Source: Felis catus (Eukaryota). From it: a stretch of DNA of 64,000 nucleotides. Each line of letters begins with the position of its first letter. The first letter of the stretch is position 1. Below the pieces are notes generated by a model, which was given only the letters and a program-made list of their open reading frames with translations, was not told the origin of the DNA and made no database searches. Location of the stretch: contig NC_058368.1 of NCBI RefSeq assembly GCF_018350175.1, positions 13,828,001 through 13,892,000 on the forward strand. The letters run 5' to 3'. Made by a program: the position numbers and the translations under genes. Shown here piece by piece: positions 27,891-40,028 of the stretch.

Positions 27891-27997
27891 ACTAATACTT
27901 TCTTTTCATCAGAGATGCCAAGCCAACTTTGCTTCCCAAAAGCACCTTTGAAATGATTCTTATCTCATTCCTTCCTCTATTAAAAATGCCAATTTCT

Positions 27998-28223
27998 TTT
28001 TTTTAAAAAAAATTTTTTTTCAACGTTTATTTATTTTTGGGACAGAGAGAGACAGAGCATGAACGGGAGAGGGGCAGAGAGAGAGGGAGACACAGAATCG
28101 GAAACAGGCTCCAGGCTCTGAGCCATCAGCCCAGAGCCTGACGCGGGGCTCGAACTCCCGGACCGCGAGATCGTGACCTGGCTGAAGTCGGACGCTTAAC
28201 CGACTGTGCCACCCAGGCGCCCC
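27998..28223 (-). mobile_element. Very young feline SINE
   Basis: Nearly all CpGs intact; exact 16-bp TSD AAAAATGCCAATTTCT (27982-27997, 28224-28239). Confidence 0.97.
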
Positions 28224-28635
28224 AAAAATGCCAATTTCTAAGCAGTGCTATTAGCTTACTGTCAATGCTGAAACTGAGCTAGTCAACTGATATTTACGGT
28301 TCAATATACATATGTAAAGGATATTTGCATTTTCAAACAAAGCACATATTAAGACAATGGAATAAATTTTTACTGATGACACTGAAAGAAGTATAGCAGT
28401 AGGAGGGGGTGGAGCATGATAAGGTGGGGAAGACAAATTTACATGGGACTCTCTTAGCACTCTTCAAGTAACACTAAGTGGGTGTCCAGCATCTATAAGT
28501 AAGGAAGACTGAGGGCTACACTGTGAGGAATTAAACTAGGAAAGCATCAATAAACTTTATAATTAAACTAGTAGCTGACATATTTGAGCAATATGAGTAA
28601 TAAAAAAGCAACACGACCGTATAAAGAAATAACAT

Positions 28636-28942
28636 CTTGATATATGCTGTAACATGCTAAGTGAAAGAGGCCAGATACAAAAGGTCATATATAATTCTAT
28701 TTATATGAAATGTCCAGAATAGGCGAATCCACAAACACAGAAAGTAGATTAATGGTTGCCAGGAGCTAGAAGAATAAGGAGTGACTTCTAATGAGTACAA
28801 GTTTCTTTTGGAGCTGATAAAAATGTAGTGGTGATGGGGCACAACCTTGTGAATATACTAAAAGCCACTGAATCGTACCACTTTGGATGGGTCAATTTTA
28901 TGGCATGTGAATTATACTGCAATAAAAATGTATAAGAAAAAA
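28636..28942 (+). mobile_element. Old L1 (L1MB-like) 3' end
   Basis: ATGCTAAGTGAAAGAGGCCAGATACAAAAGG...GAAATGTCCAGAATAGGC...TGTGAATTATA..CAATAAA. Confidence 0.85.
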
Positions 28943-29750
28943 AGTGATGCACCCAAAATTATTACCAACGGAAAAAAAAAACCTGTGAGTTATTTATTGT
29001 TGCTATTAGAGGGTCCACAAATAAAATCACATTTTCTAAATATGAAGGATTATGTAGCCAGCTCTTTTAATAGTTTATATAAAGCATTTTTACATTTCTT
29101 TTCCTCCAGTTTCCCAGAAACCTTCTGCTGTATTGTAACCATTCATTCATAGACTCTAAAAACTATAATTGTCAGTTAGTTGGTGTTTTTATTTCGGCTT
29201 TAAACTTCAATTTTCTTTAAATAATTTCTATTAGTTTATAATGCCCAATTTAGCTCATTCAATAAAAATAAAAACCTGCCCTATTTTAAGTTAAATTCAA
29301 ATCTCCCTTTTGACCATTAGTTCCACTTTCAAGACAGACATTTTAACTATTCACTCTGATGCCATGATATGCTGTAATTAATAACATTTTCGATTTCTTT
29401 TTATTTTTCACAGTGACATAACTTATTACTACTGTTCACTATAAATGTCAATTGTACCAAGGCATAAATGAAAACATTCTTTAGATAACAGAAAAAATAT
29501 ACTGACGCTTTACTGGTAATCTCCAACCACTTAGATAATGCAAAGTTGAGAGATCATTGAATAAATGCTTATCGAATGTCCACCATGTAAAGCGATGGCT
29601 TTCAACCTTTTTGTGCTTGAGGGGATATTTTGAAAACCAGCTATCTTAAGCAACACACTTGAAAAGATTAAATGTACCATATAAGTTAGCAGTAATTATA
29701 CTGCAATCTCAAAATATAATGTCTCATCGTATCTGTATAAGTATGTAGTC

Positions 29751-30693
29751 ATTATCACCTCAAACCTGTTAGGATGGTAGTCATCAAAAAGTTAAAAGAT
29801 AACCAATATGGGCAAGGATGTGGAGAAAAGGAACCCTTGCTCCCTCTTGGGGGGAATGTAAATTGGGGCAGCTGCTATGGAAAAGAGTATAGAGGCTCCT
29901 CAAAAACAAAAACAAAAACAGACAAAAAACCCCAAAAAACAGAATTATCAGACGACCCAGCAATGCCACTTCTGGGAATATACCCGAAGGAAATGAAATC
30001 ACTATCCCAAGAAGATATTTGCACTCCAACGCTCATTACAGCATTATTTACAATAGCCAAGACATGGAAATAACCTAAATGTCCATCAGTGGACAGATGA
30101 ATTAAGACAATGTGGTATATGTATACAATGGAAAATTATTCCACCATAAATTTGAAGGAACTCTTGCCATTTGTGACAACATGGATGGACCATGAATACA
30201 TTATGCTAAGTAAAATAAGTCAGACAGAATGTGGGAATCTGAAAAAATTGAGCTCATAGATATAGAGCACAGATTGGTGGTCGTCAGATTTGGGGCTTGC
30301 AGAGGTGGGCAAAATGGGTGAAGGGGAACAAAATGGGTGAAGGGGGATACAAACCTCCCATTAATTTATCTTCCCTAAGGTAAATTAGTCCTAAGAATGT
30401 AATGTACAGCATGGTGATTATACTTAACAATACTGTACTGTCTATTTGAAACTTATTTAAGAGAGAAGACCTTAAAGCTTTCTTAAGAAAAAAATTTTGC
30501 AACTCTGTGACATGAATGTTGACTGAGCTTGTTGTGGCAACCATTTCACAATATGTGAATCATTCTGTTGTACAATATTGAATCATTATGTTGTACACTT
30601 AAAAATGGTACTAAACTTATAGGTGCACTAAACAATAGCTCTAGTACACCTAACACTAATTGAGATCTTTATATCTCAATAAAACTGATAAAA
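29751..30693 (+). mobile_element. L1 3' fragment (ORF2 end plus 3' UTR), decayed
   Basis: Broken translation [34 protein letters not shown] is the L1 ORF2 C-terminus; ends ATATCTCAATAAA. Confidence 0.92.
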
Positions 30694-30887
30694 AGTATAC
30701 AGTCATCACGGTGTTCACAATGACAATGTTCATGTTTCTACCAACTGTCTGTTCATGGGAATGTCAGCGTTTTTTAGCATGCACCTCAAAACTCTTCCAG
30801 CCTCTACCCACTACCCACTTCCAAGGCTACACTTGCACATTTTCAGCTATTTATTACAGCTGTACCACATCTCCCAGTACCAAAATC

Positions 30888-30933
30888 TGTATTAGGGTTC
30901 TTCAGAGAAATAACAAGAACCAATGAGAGTGTG

Positions 30934-31012
<79 letters not shown>

Positions 31013-31232
31013 TGTATGCGTGCGTGCATGTGTGTGTGTGTGTGTGTATGTAAATACATATATATTGGGGCACCTGGGTGGCTCAGTTGGTTAAGCATCC
31101 GACTTTGGCTCAGGTCATGATCTCACAGTTCATGGGTTTGAGTCCTGCATCGGGCTCTGTACTGACAGCTCAGAGCCTGGAGCCTGCTTCAGATTCTCTG
31201 TCTCCTTCTCTCTGCCCCTCCCCTGCTCATGA

Positions 31233-31279
<47 letters not shown>

Positions 31280-31760
31280 AATAAATAAACATTAAAAAAT
31301 TAAAAGTGTATATATCAAATCTGTTATATGTTTATTATTAAAAATTGGCACACATGATTATGGAAGCCAAGAATTCCTAAGACGTGTACTCAGCAAGTTG
31401 GGGAACCAGGAGAGCAGATGGTAAGTTCCAATCTGAAAGCCAGCAGACTCAAGACCCAAGAAGAACCAACATTTAAGTTTGAGTCCCTTAGCAGGAAAAG
31501 CCCAGTGTCCTAACTCAAGGCAGTCACGCAGGAAGAGTCCCACCTACTTTGAAGGGGGTTAGCTTTTTTTTGTTCCATTCAGTCCTTTAACTGATTGATT
31601 AAGGCCCACCCACAAGGAAGAGCAATCTGCTTTACTCAGTCCACCTACGCAATGTTAATTTCATTCAAAAACACCCTCACAGAGATACCCAGAGTAATGT
31701 TTGACAAACTATCTGGGCATCCTAGAACTCAGTCAAGTTGACATATAAAATGAACCACCA
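30888..31760 (-). mobile_element. MLT2 (ERVL) LTR containing an (AT)n(GT)n tract and a SINE
   Basis: TGTATTAGGGTTCTTCAGAGAAA start and CAGTCAAGTTGACATATAAAATGAACCA end. Confidence 0.85.
31067..31305 (+). mobile_element. Can-SINE
   Basis: Canonical head, (CT)n, A tail. Confidence 0.94.
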
Positions 31761-32369
31761 GAGTTTCTCAAATAGAGGGAATTTAATACAAGGATTTGGT
31801 CACAAAAATGTTAGCAGAGCTAAAAGAGCAAAAATCGAAAGATGTGTTTATACAGGAATGGAAGAACAAAAGAGGAAATAGAGTTACATAGATACCGTGC
31901 CCCTGTGGTGCTGAGGCTTCTGGGAGCTGCTTTGGCCAGTGCTGCTGCTACACTCACTGCTTCCACCCTGCAGGAGGCCGAGAGCCTGCATCTCCACTGA
32001 AACCGCAAGAGCTCAGACTGGGAGACGTTCATTACTGCTGCTGCTACTACTGAAGCCAGAGCCCACACGCACTGTGCTGCTAACTCTATTGCTGAAATCA
32101 CTGCCTGGGCAGGAGCCCAGGAGCCTAAATTTGCCTGCTCGCTGCTGCTTCTGTCCAGAAGTGCTGCCACAAGCAGGAAAAAATGGCTTGTTCCCCCTTC
32201 CACCCTTCATCTAATCTCCCACCCAATGCCTCCCATGGGCATGGGCAGGACTTATATGTAAGCTCTCAGGCAAGAGAATCTGGGAAATATCGTTTGCCAC
32301 CTTTCAATCCCTTGTGATTCAACGGAGATAGAAATGGGGCAGAGAGCCAACAGCCACATAACCAGAACA
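31761..32369 (-). mobile_element. LTR33-like ERVL LTR
   Basis: GGGAATTTAATACAAGG, CTG-rich middle, TGCCTCCCATGGGC...CTGGGAAATA...ATAACCAGAACA. Confidence 0.6.
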
Positions 32370-32841
32370 GCCCATATGATTACTCTTTTTTTTGCATGTA
32401 ATTTGTCCCACATGGGGAATCAGCTCTGCTTTTTTATTCCCCAAACCCTACTAAATGCAAGCTGTTATGTGCAGCAAACTTTTTTGAAGGTTTTATATAA
32501 TTGAAGCTATAATGACATAGGGGAGGAAAATCTCAAAATTAAGTACTAATTGTGATTGTTCCCACAAGCCAAGGGGGAAAATAAACGTAAACACTTCTGT
32601 AGGGGTTCTCTCCTGGCCACCCTCTAGGTTCCAGCCTTGTTTGTTTCCCATGCTCAAGGTCCATCCTCCTCTCTCTGTTACTTGCAGCCCCACATCTCCT
32701 CTTCTCCAGGTTACATCCCATACTCCCCACCCCTGCCTCACAATTCACTTGTTCCTCCTGGAAGATTGCAAACCAGTCTTCTCTTGACAGAGAAGTCCAG
32801 CTCTCTTTGTTTTCTCACTCTTACCTATATCAAAGTACTTT

Positions 32842-32916
32842 TATTTTTATGTATTTACTTATTTTATAATTTTTTAATGTTTATTTATTTTTGAGACAGA
32901 GCATGAGTGAGGGAGG

Positions 32917-32974
<58 letters not shown>

Positions 32975-33102
32975 ATCTGAAGCCAGCTCCAGGCTCTGAG
33001 CTGTCAGCACAGAGCCTGACATGGGGCTCAAACTCATGAACCATGAGATCATGACCTGAGCAGAAGTTGGATGCTCAACCCACTGAGCCATCCAGGCGTC
33101 CC
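32842..33102 (-). mobile_element. Can-SINE with (GA)n
   Basis: Exact TSD TATCAAAGTACTTT (32828-32841, 33103-33116). Confidence 0.95.
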
Positions 33103-33791
33103 TATCAAAGTACTTTAAAAATAAAATATCTGTCTACCCAAGAAATGCATTTGTCACTGCTCTAGACAGAGAAAGCAGTTGTAGTAAATTTTTGTTTTAA
33201 ATGATCATTTCTTCTTTCAGTTATTTGTATCCTTTTTCGATGCAGTTTTGAGAATATCAAGCCTCTTTTTATTTGCAGCAAATGATACCTTGCCCTTCAC
33301 TGTCAGGTACCATGCACTCAACTCTGTTTCATCTGCAGACACTGCTGTAACAATACACTTACTTAGTTGTACAGCAAAATAATTTCTTCACATTGTTGAA
33401 AAGTTGTCTGCATACCTGTGAAGTATGCTGAGATCTTCACTGACCGAGATCCTCTGAAGGAGCAGATGATCGCAAGTGTGATAGCAAATACAATGAATAT
33501 GACATTAGCTCTTACTTTCAAGGAGTCTCCAATCCATGTCAGGAAAATAAGACCTACATACAAAAACTACAAAATAAAGCAAAGTACTTCAAGGTCTATT
33601 GGGGGTGGGGAGGTGGGAAGCAAAGAACCATGGGAGTTCGAAAATGGCTTTCGCAGGAAGTGGCCTCACAGCTAAAACGTTGGAGGATGAGTTTCGACAA
33701 TGAGAGAGTGGGAAAAGAAAGTGTAGGTGGAAGGATGCCATAGGGCATGGATGCACAAGAGTACAACCACCTTCAGGAAACTGTGTGATTA

Positions 33792-34258
33792 GTAAATATC
33801 TTCTCTCATTCAATAGTTTGCCTTTTCATTTTGCTGATGGTTTCCTTTACTGTGCAAAAATTTTTTGTTTTCATGTACTCTCTTTTGTTTATTTTAGCTT
33901 TTGTTTTGTCCTTGCCTGAGAAGACTGGTCCAAAAACCATTGCTAAGACCAATGTCAAAGAGCTAACTGCCTATGTTTTCTTCCAGGAATTTTATGATTT
34001 AGTGGAAATGCAAATCAGCGTAGCCACTATGGAAAATAGTATGGAAGTTCCTTAAATGATTAAAAATAAAACTACCATATGGTCCAACAATTTCACTTCT
34101 GGTTATTTACCTGAAGAAAATGAAAACACCAATTCAAAAAGATAAATGCACCCTTATGTTCATTGCAGCATTAATTGCAATAGCCAAGATATGAAAGAAG
34201 TCTATGTGTCCACTGATAGATGAATGGATAAAGATATGGCATATATGTGTGTGTATAT

Positions 34259-34307
<49 letters not shown>

Positions 34308-34750
34308 TGTATAATGGAATGTGAATTAGCCATCAAATATGAAATCTTGCCACTTTGGGCCATATGGATGGACCCACAGGGTATTAGACTAAGTGAAAGA
34401 AGTCAGACAGAGAAACAAACAAAACAGAACAAACAAAACAAACAAACGAACAAAATAGAAATATACTAATAGATACAGGAAACAACCTGTTGATTACCAG
34501 ACAGGCACAAGTGACATAGATGAAGGACATTAGGAGGTACAAACTTTCAGTTATAAAATAAATAAGTCATGGGGATGTAATGTATGTGGCATAGGAAATA
34601 TAGTCAATAATATTGTAATAACTTCATATGGTGAAGATAGTGTGACTAGACTTGGGATCACTTCGTTATGTGTAAAAATACCAGGTCACTATGATTTACA
34701 CTGAAACAAATAGGGTGTTGTATGCCCATTATACTTCAATAAAAAGAAAA
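33792..34750 (+). mobile_element. L1 3' fragment with inverted 5' piece (33792-34000 antisense, 34001-34750 sense)
   Basis: Antisense L1 motif GGTTTCCTTTACTGTGCA abuts sense GCCACTATGGAAAATAGTATGGAAGTTCC; ends TATACTTCAATAAAAAG. Confidence 0.85.
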
Positions 34751-35334
34751 GAAGCTGTGGGTAGTTAGCATAAAGTCTTGAAATTCTAATCAACCTGAAT
34801 GACTTTTTTTATTCCTACCTTTATATGTTTCTACATCAGATTGACCATCACTATCTTAGTGATAAGCCACAAATCTAGATGCATTGCTTTATTCTCATCT
34901 ACCTCTTTCAGATTCAGGAGGTGGAGGATAAAAAAATACAGGTCTTACAGGAAACACACTATTTGCAAAATACTTGGGAACCCCCTCAGGGGAAACTAGT
35001 GTGCTAAAGCAAGCAGGGTTCACCTATGAATCTGGGTCAGATTGAAGAGGAAAAGCACTGGGACATTTAAGATGCTTCATTTCTCTTTACTGTTAGTAAT
35101 TAGTTCATCTTACCTCACTCTTTTTGGGCCTATAAATCTTTCTTACCTCTCTTCATTGACTTCTGATCTTCCTAAAATTGGTCTGGTTGACTCTGCTTTC
35201 CTTTGTGTTTCTAGACTTAATTTTTTATTCGATAATTTATTTGACTTAATACCCTGGTATCTATTTCTCATCTAACATGATGTTTCCAATATAACCTAAA
35301 TCTGAAGCAGGTTCATGATTACTTCCCTCCTTTT

Positions 35335-35530
35335 GGTAGTTCTCAATGCTGGGGTGGTACTACCCCCACAGAAGGTATCTGGTAATGGAAATGAGTAGTG
35401 GTTTTGTATTGTCACAGGATTGCAGGGTGCCACCAGCATTTGAGGGGCAGGGGCAGGAATGCTAAAAGTTCTACAATTTGGGGGATATTCTGACAGAGTT
35501 GTTTTCTCATATAAAATGCTAATATTCCAC
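35335..35530. mobile_element. MER20-like hAT relic
   Basis: AGTTCTCAA...TTGTCACA...GGCAGGAATGCTAAA. Confidence 0.55.
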
Positions 35531-37807
35531 TTCATGGAGAAATATTGTTTCTTTTGATGTTTTTATTTGTAAGCGTATTAAACAGGCCCAAGCACTTCAG
35601 CAGAGTGGACCAAAATGATTCCCCTTAGCAGTCTAGCATCATGCCTTGTGTATTTTTTTTTTAATGCGGAATTGAGAGGAGCTTGTTGCTATAATAATAG
35701 ATTTATTGCTTGGTCCAGGAAGGCAGAAATTCAGACTTAGATCCCCAATTAATCACTCCCTGTCCGGCAATAATGCTGTTTTCCACCACAAGGGCTTCAC
35801 AGGCATTTTGCAAATTGTCTTTATCCATCGTCAACCGGTTCCCTCCCTGCTACCCCCCACCCAATAAAGTCACAGGAAGTGTGCTACACAGAAAGAATCA
35901 TAGCAAAATGGGGACCAAAATATCACATCATAAGTGGCTGAACAAATAAATGCCTGATATATCAAGGAGAGTTTTTATTACAAGCTCAGATGAAAGAGTA
36001 AGGTTTATATGAGCTGGCCTGTGCTGAGACTTCTACTCCTATTCTGCTCCCATACAGAGATGCAACTTTCCTAGTGGCTGAATAGAGGAAGAAAGTGAAA
36101 GAAGAAAGGATATTGGCTATGTAGCTAGGATAAGTTTTAGTTTAATTTATTACCTTGATCTCATTCGTCAGCCAGAGATAAATGTAGAAAGAATCAGAAA
36201 TGACAAAAGAAAGAAATCTGAGTCTTTTAGTGCCTAGACACAGGTCCCATCCAGTCTATGTCCTAGAGAGAGATGCAAGAAACAGAATGTACAAGACGGT
36301 GAACAAGGCTGAAATTCCTAATTCTGAGTGTAAAGCTTCCTAATGCTGTTGCAATTCTGTTCAGTAGAAATCTATGATCTAAAGAATGACTTTTGTCTCT
36401 TGAGACTTCATTTTCTTTCTTCCTTCCCAGAGACAGAGAACCAAAAAGAGGGTTGGTAGAAACAGGCTTTGAAAGGTGGATGGAAGAACGTTCACACTCT
36501 ATACCTTAAGCCTTCATGTGCTTTTTTGGTAAAAGGTGGTCATAAATAGTGTTATAGGGTACCTATATCAACAAATTTATCAACAATTATATCAACAAAT
36601 TTGGCTTGGAGGTGTGAGATGCATTCTGGAAAAAAGAAGAATCCGTATGAAAAACTATGAGGTATAGGTATAGTGAAGAAGAGAAAGTTTGATCATCTAG
36701 GGGTCGAATTGGCAATAACACGGAACAGGTCACTGCCAAGGGACAGAGAAGAGGTTGCAATAAGCGTTTGTAAAAACACTGGATTTACTCTAATTTGGAT
36801 TTGCACATTCAGAAATACAGACTAATGTGGTAAGTTACCATGTCTTGGTGGTTTCATTTTTTCCTCTACCTGCGGTTTTCTCTCTTTAGCAAATCCCAAG
36901 GCAAAAACTCAAAAATCCCACTGTCCTTAATTTTCACAGCTGAGTTGCTTTGATTACAACTTCAGTGATGGTAGGCTGGATTCTTTCTAGGATCTCTTTG
37001 TTAAAGATTTTATCTTATTTAGCACTGCCCATGAATCTCAACAAAAAACCAGGTATGCCATTCGTGCAGTTCACATATCACCTCTACAATAACAGGAAAA
37101 GACACAGAACATCTGAAAGAACCATATGCAGTACCATGCTGCTGCCTGTAGAAAGATGTGACCAAGACTCTGTAACACCCTGACTGCACAGTTTGTAAAT
37201 TGCCTAGTTAAGTCTGGACTCAAACTGTGTTACCCACTTTTAAACTGTGTTAAATTTCTTAATACTTTAGAGTTGCTAGGGTGAGCCCATTTACTGTGAC
37301 AAAAGGATTACCTTTAAGTTGGTCTTTTACTTTAAGTAAGTAATATTTCTTCTTTAATGATTCTAACAAAAGAGGGCTATAGTTTATTACCTGTGAATGA
37401 GAAAAAGAGGACTCCAAGGAGTCCTGGATTCTAAGAGGAGACACTATGAGTACATGTGCATTGTGGCCACAGCAGGTTGGGAGGCTGAGATCATTAGGAT
37501 GACGGGGGGCCTAAAACACAGCATCTCAGATCACGAATACATATTCATAAGTAGATCCAAATATTTAATAGGAGACTTAAAAATGATAAATATTTCTCCT
37601 AATTTGCATTATTAAAGAAAGATTTACCTTTTTAAATAATAATTTTGAAATTAGTCCTCATCAAAGGGTTTCCCAATCATGGCATCAGCTGTTAGAGATT
37701 GATTTTTAAAAGTACTGAAAGGATATCTCTTTTCACATGGCATTCATTCATTTTATTCATTTGCACATGTTTAAAGGTCCTTTCTTCAACATCTTTCCAT
37801 GTTCTTT

Positions 37808-38014
37808 TTTTTAAGTTAATTTATTCATCTCAAGAGAGAGACAGAGCACGTAAGTGGGGGAGAGACAGAGAGAAAGGGGGGAGAGAGAGAATCCCAAGCA
37901 GGCTCCACACTGTCAGCGCAGAGCCTGACATGGGGCTCTGTCTCATGAATTGTGAGATCATGACCTGAGACAAAACCAAGAGACAGATGCTCAGCTGAGA
38001 CACCCAGGTGCCCC
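37808..38014 (-). mobile_element. Can-SINE (older subfamily)
   Basis: GAGAATCCCAAGCAGGCTCC...CACCCAGGTGCCCC. Confidence 0.92.
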
Positions 38015-38054
38015 TCATATTCTTTTGGCCAGTAGGGACTAATATTATTTTCTG

Positions 38055-38092
<38 letters not shown>

Positions 38093-38759
38093 TATTCCAT
38101 TGCCATCTTCTTCTGGAGGGTCAGGTCTACACCAGTAGTAGTTCTCAAAATTGGTCTCCATCTTCCACATTTCATCCTTCAAGGATCTCTTGAGATTTTT
38201 GGCATCTATGCTCCACTTAATTTTGCTTTAGAATCTTTGACTAGTGGTATAGTCCCAAAAGACCCATCAAACTTCACGTCTTTACTAACAAATAGACATC
38301 GGATTTCTCATTGATTTTCGTGATCTCTTGGGAGGTGTGCTCCCTGAAGGCAGCACTATATTTTCACTGAAAGAGGCACAATTAAGTGATATGGAAAGTT
38401 GTATCTGAATTTTAAAACTAGCCATAAAATTGACATTGGGTCAGTATTCTCTGTTGGAAAGATGCTACTTTAATTACAAAGTGACACGATTTTAGTTTTT
38501 ACAATAACATCAGAGACAATTTTGCTGTTATTTACATTCAGTCTTCTATCTTTAAGTCAAATAATTAATTCTTGCAGGAGAGGGTCTTAGAAAAGAACTT
38601 ACTCTGTACCCTACAGATAGAGACCAGTGTTACTTTGGAGGCTCGATAATTATTTCTTTGGAGGTTCTTTAGTTACATCTCCCTCAGAAGCATCAGGGAA
38701 GACAATAGGCAACTACAAAATCATTTTGTTCAGTTTTTTTGGAAACCGCTAGCTACTAA

Positions 38760-39900
38760 TCCTCTACATTTTCTCATCCGCACACCTCTCTGTGCCTCAC
38801 TACTGAATCAAGCTTCCTTCCTTCCCAAACCTTTCCACTGTGACTTCTGAAAACCTCTTTACAGGACATTCATTCCATTTCTTTGTTTTAATTAAAATTC
38901 AATTTCCTCTATGGACACATTGCTTCCCTTGAAATGGCCCCAAGTGAAGGCTGGTCATTTCTCCAAAAGCTAGGTTATCACAGAATTTAAAAATGGGCTT
39001 GCATGCTTTAGTTCAACATTGCCTATTCCAGATCATTTCAAATCATTGCTCCTCACCCTTGTACAAAAACTTCTGCTTTGGGGATCTTTCCATCTAGCTA
39101 TGTCATCTTCTAACAACCACCACTACACTAATTTCCAGAACGTCCTCTCTTCCTAAGTCCCATCATCGTCTTACTTGCCTTCCCTTCTTTGCTCATGTGG
39201 TTAACTCATTTAACATCTAACCTTATATGTCCTTGATTCCCTAAGCTTTGACAATCTGTACTTTTTGAATTCTGCCTCCAACCTCCTGTGTCCTAGACAT
39301 TTTTATCACCCCAACTGCTGCATATCAAAATTCATAAGCTTTAATATCCTTATTCTGATTCTTATTTTGATTCCTCAAAATATCTTATTCCTTACTTCTA
39401 TTTAACTGGCTCTCTGAGCTGAGAGTGATCTAGACCTTTTTCCTATTTTCCAAATTTATCAACTGTTCCTGTCTTAACTTTATTATTTGACTAAATCATA
39501 TGATAGTATGATACAACACCTGATACAACCACGCTGAAGCTAATATCTTTAACTTTGTCTTCTGACGTGAATGCCTGGAAGCATCCTCATCTTGCATCAG
39601 TACTATTGTCAATGTTTCTCTTCCTATACCCATGTTGCTGAATACTGCTGGAGAACATCCAGCAGCCACGAAACTGATGCTACTACAAATACACAATCTC
39701 TAATATCAGCGGTATTCTCAGGAATAGTCTTTTTATGTGACACTACTCTGCTTCTTCTCTCCTGCCCTATTCTCATTTTTAACACCGCTTAGGGTGGCTA
39801 TCCAAGAATAGATATTCCTTTGGAAAAAAAGTCATTTTTTGCCAGATGAACTTGTAAGCTGGAAGTAAATGATTATATGTTCTCAATTTCTTAGTTTCAC
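38760..39900 (+). mobile_element. Highly decayed L2 relic
   Basis: Pyrimidine-rich L2-like phrases (e.g. GCTGAATACTGCTGGAGAA); boundaries approximate. Confidence 0.45.
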
Positions 39901-40028
39901 CCTTAGTCCAGAATAGTACTTCCTCCAGAAAAGTAATGGGAAGCTTGGTATGAGAGATCTCTACTTTGTGAGAGATTCTTCCCAGTGACTTTTTTTCACT
40001 TTTAATAGGATTCCTAATTAAGCCAGTC

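Noticed and set aside
31820..32214. Overlapping 127/91/65-aa ORFs in a CTG-rich stretch
   Set aside because: Fall inside an LTR33-like relic; no splice or homology support
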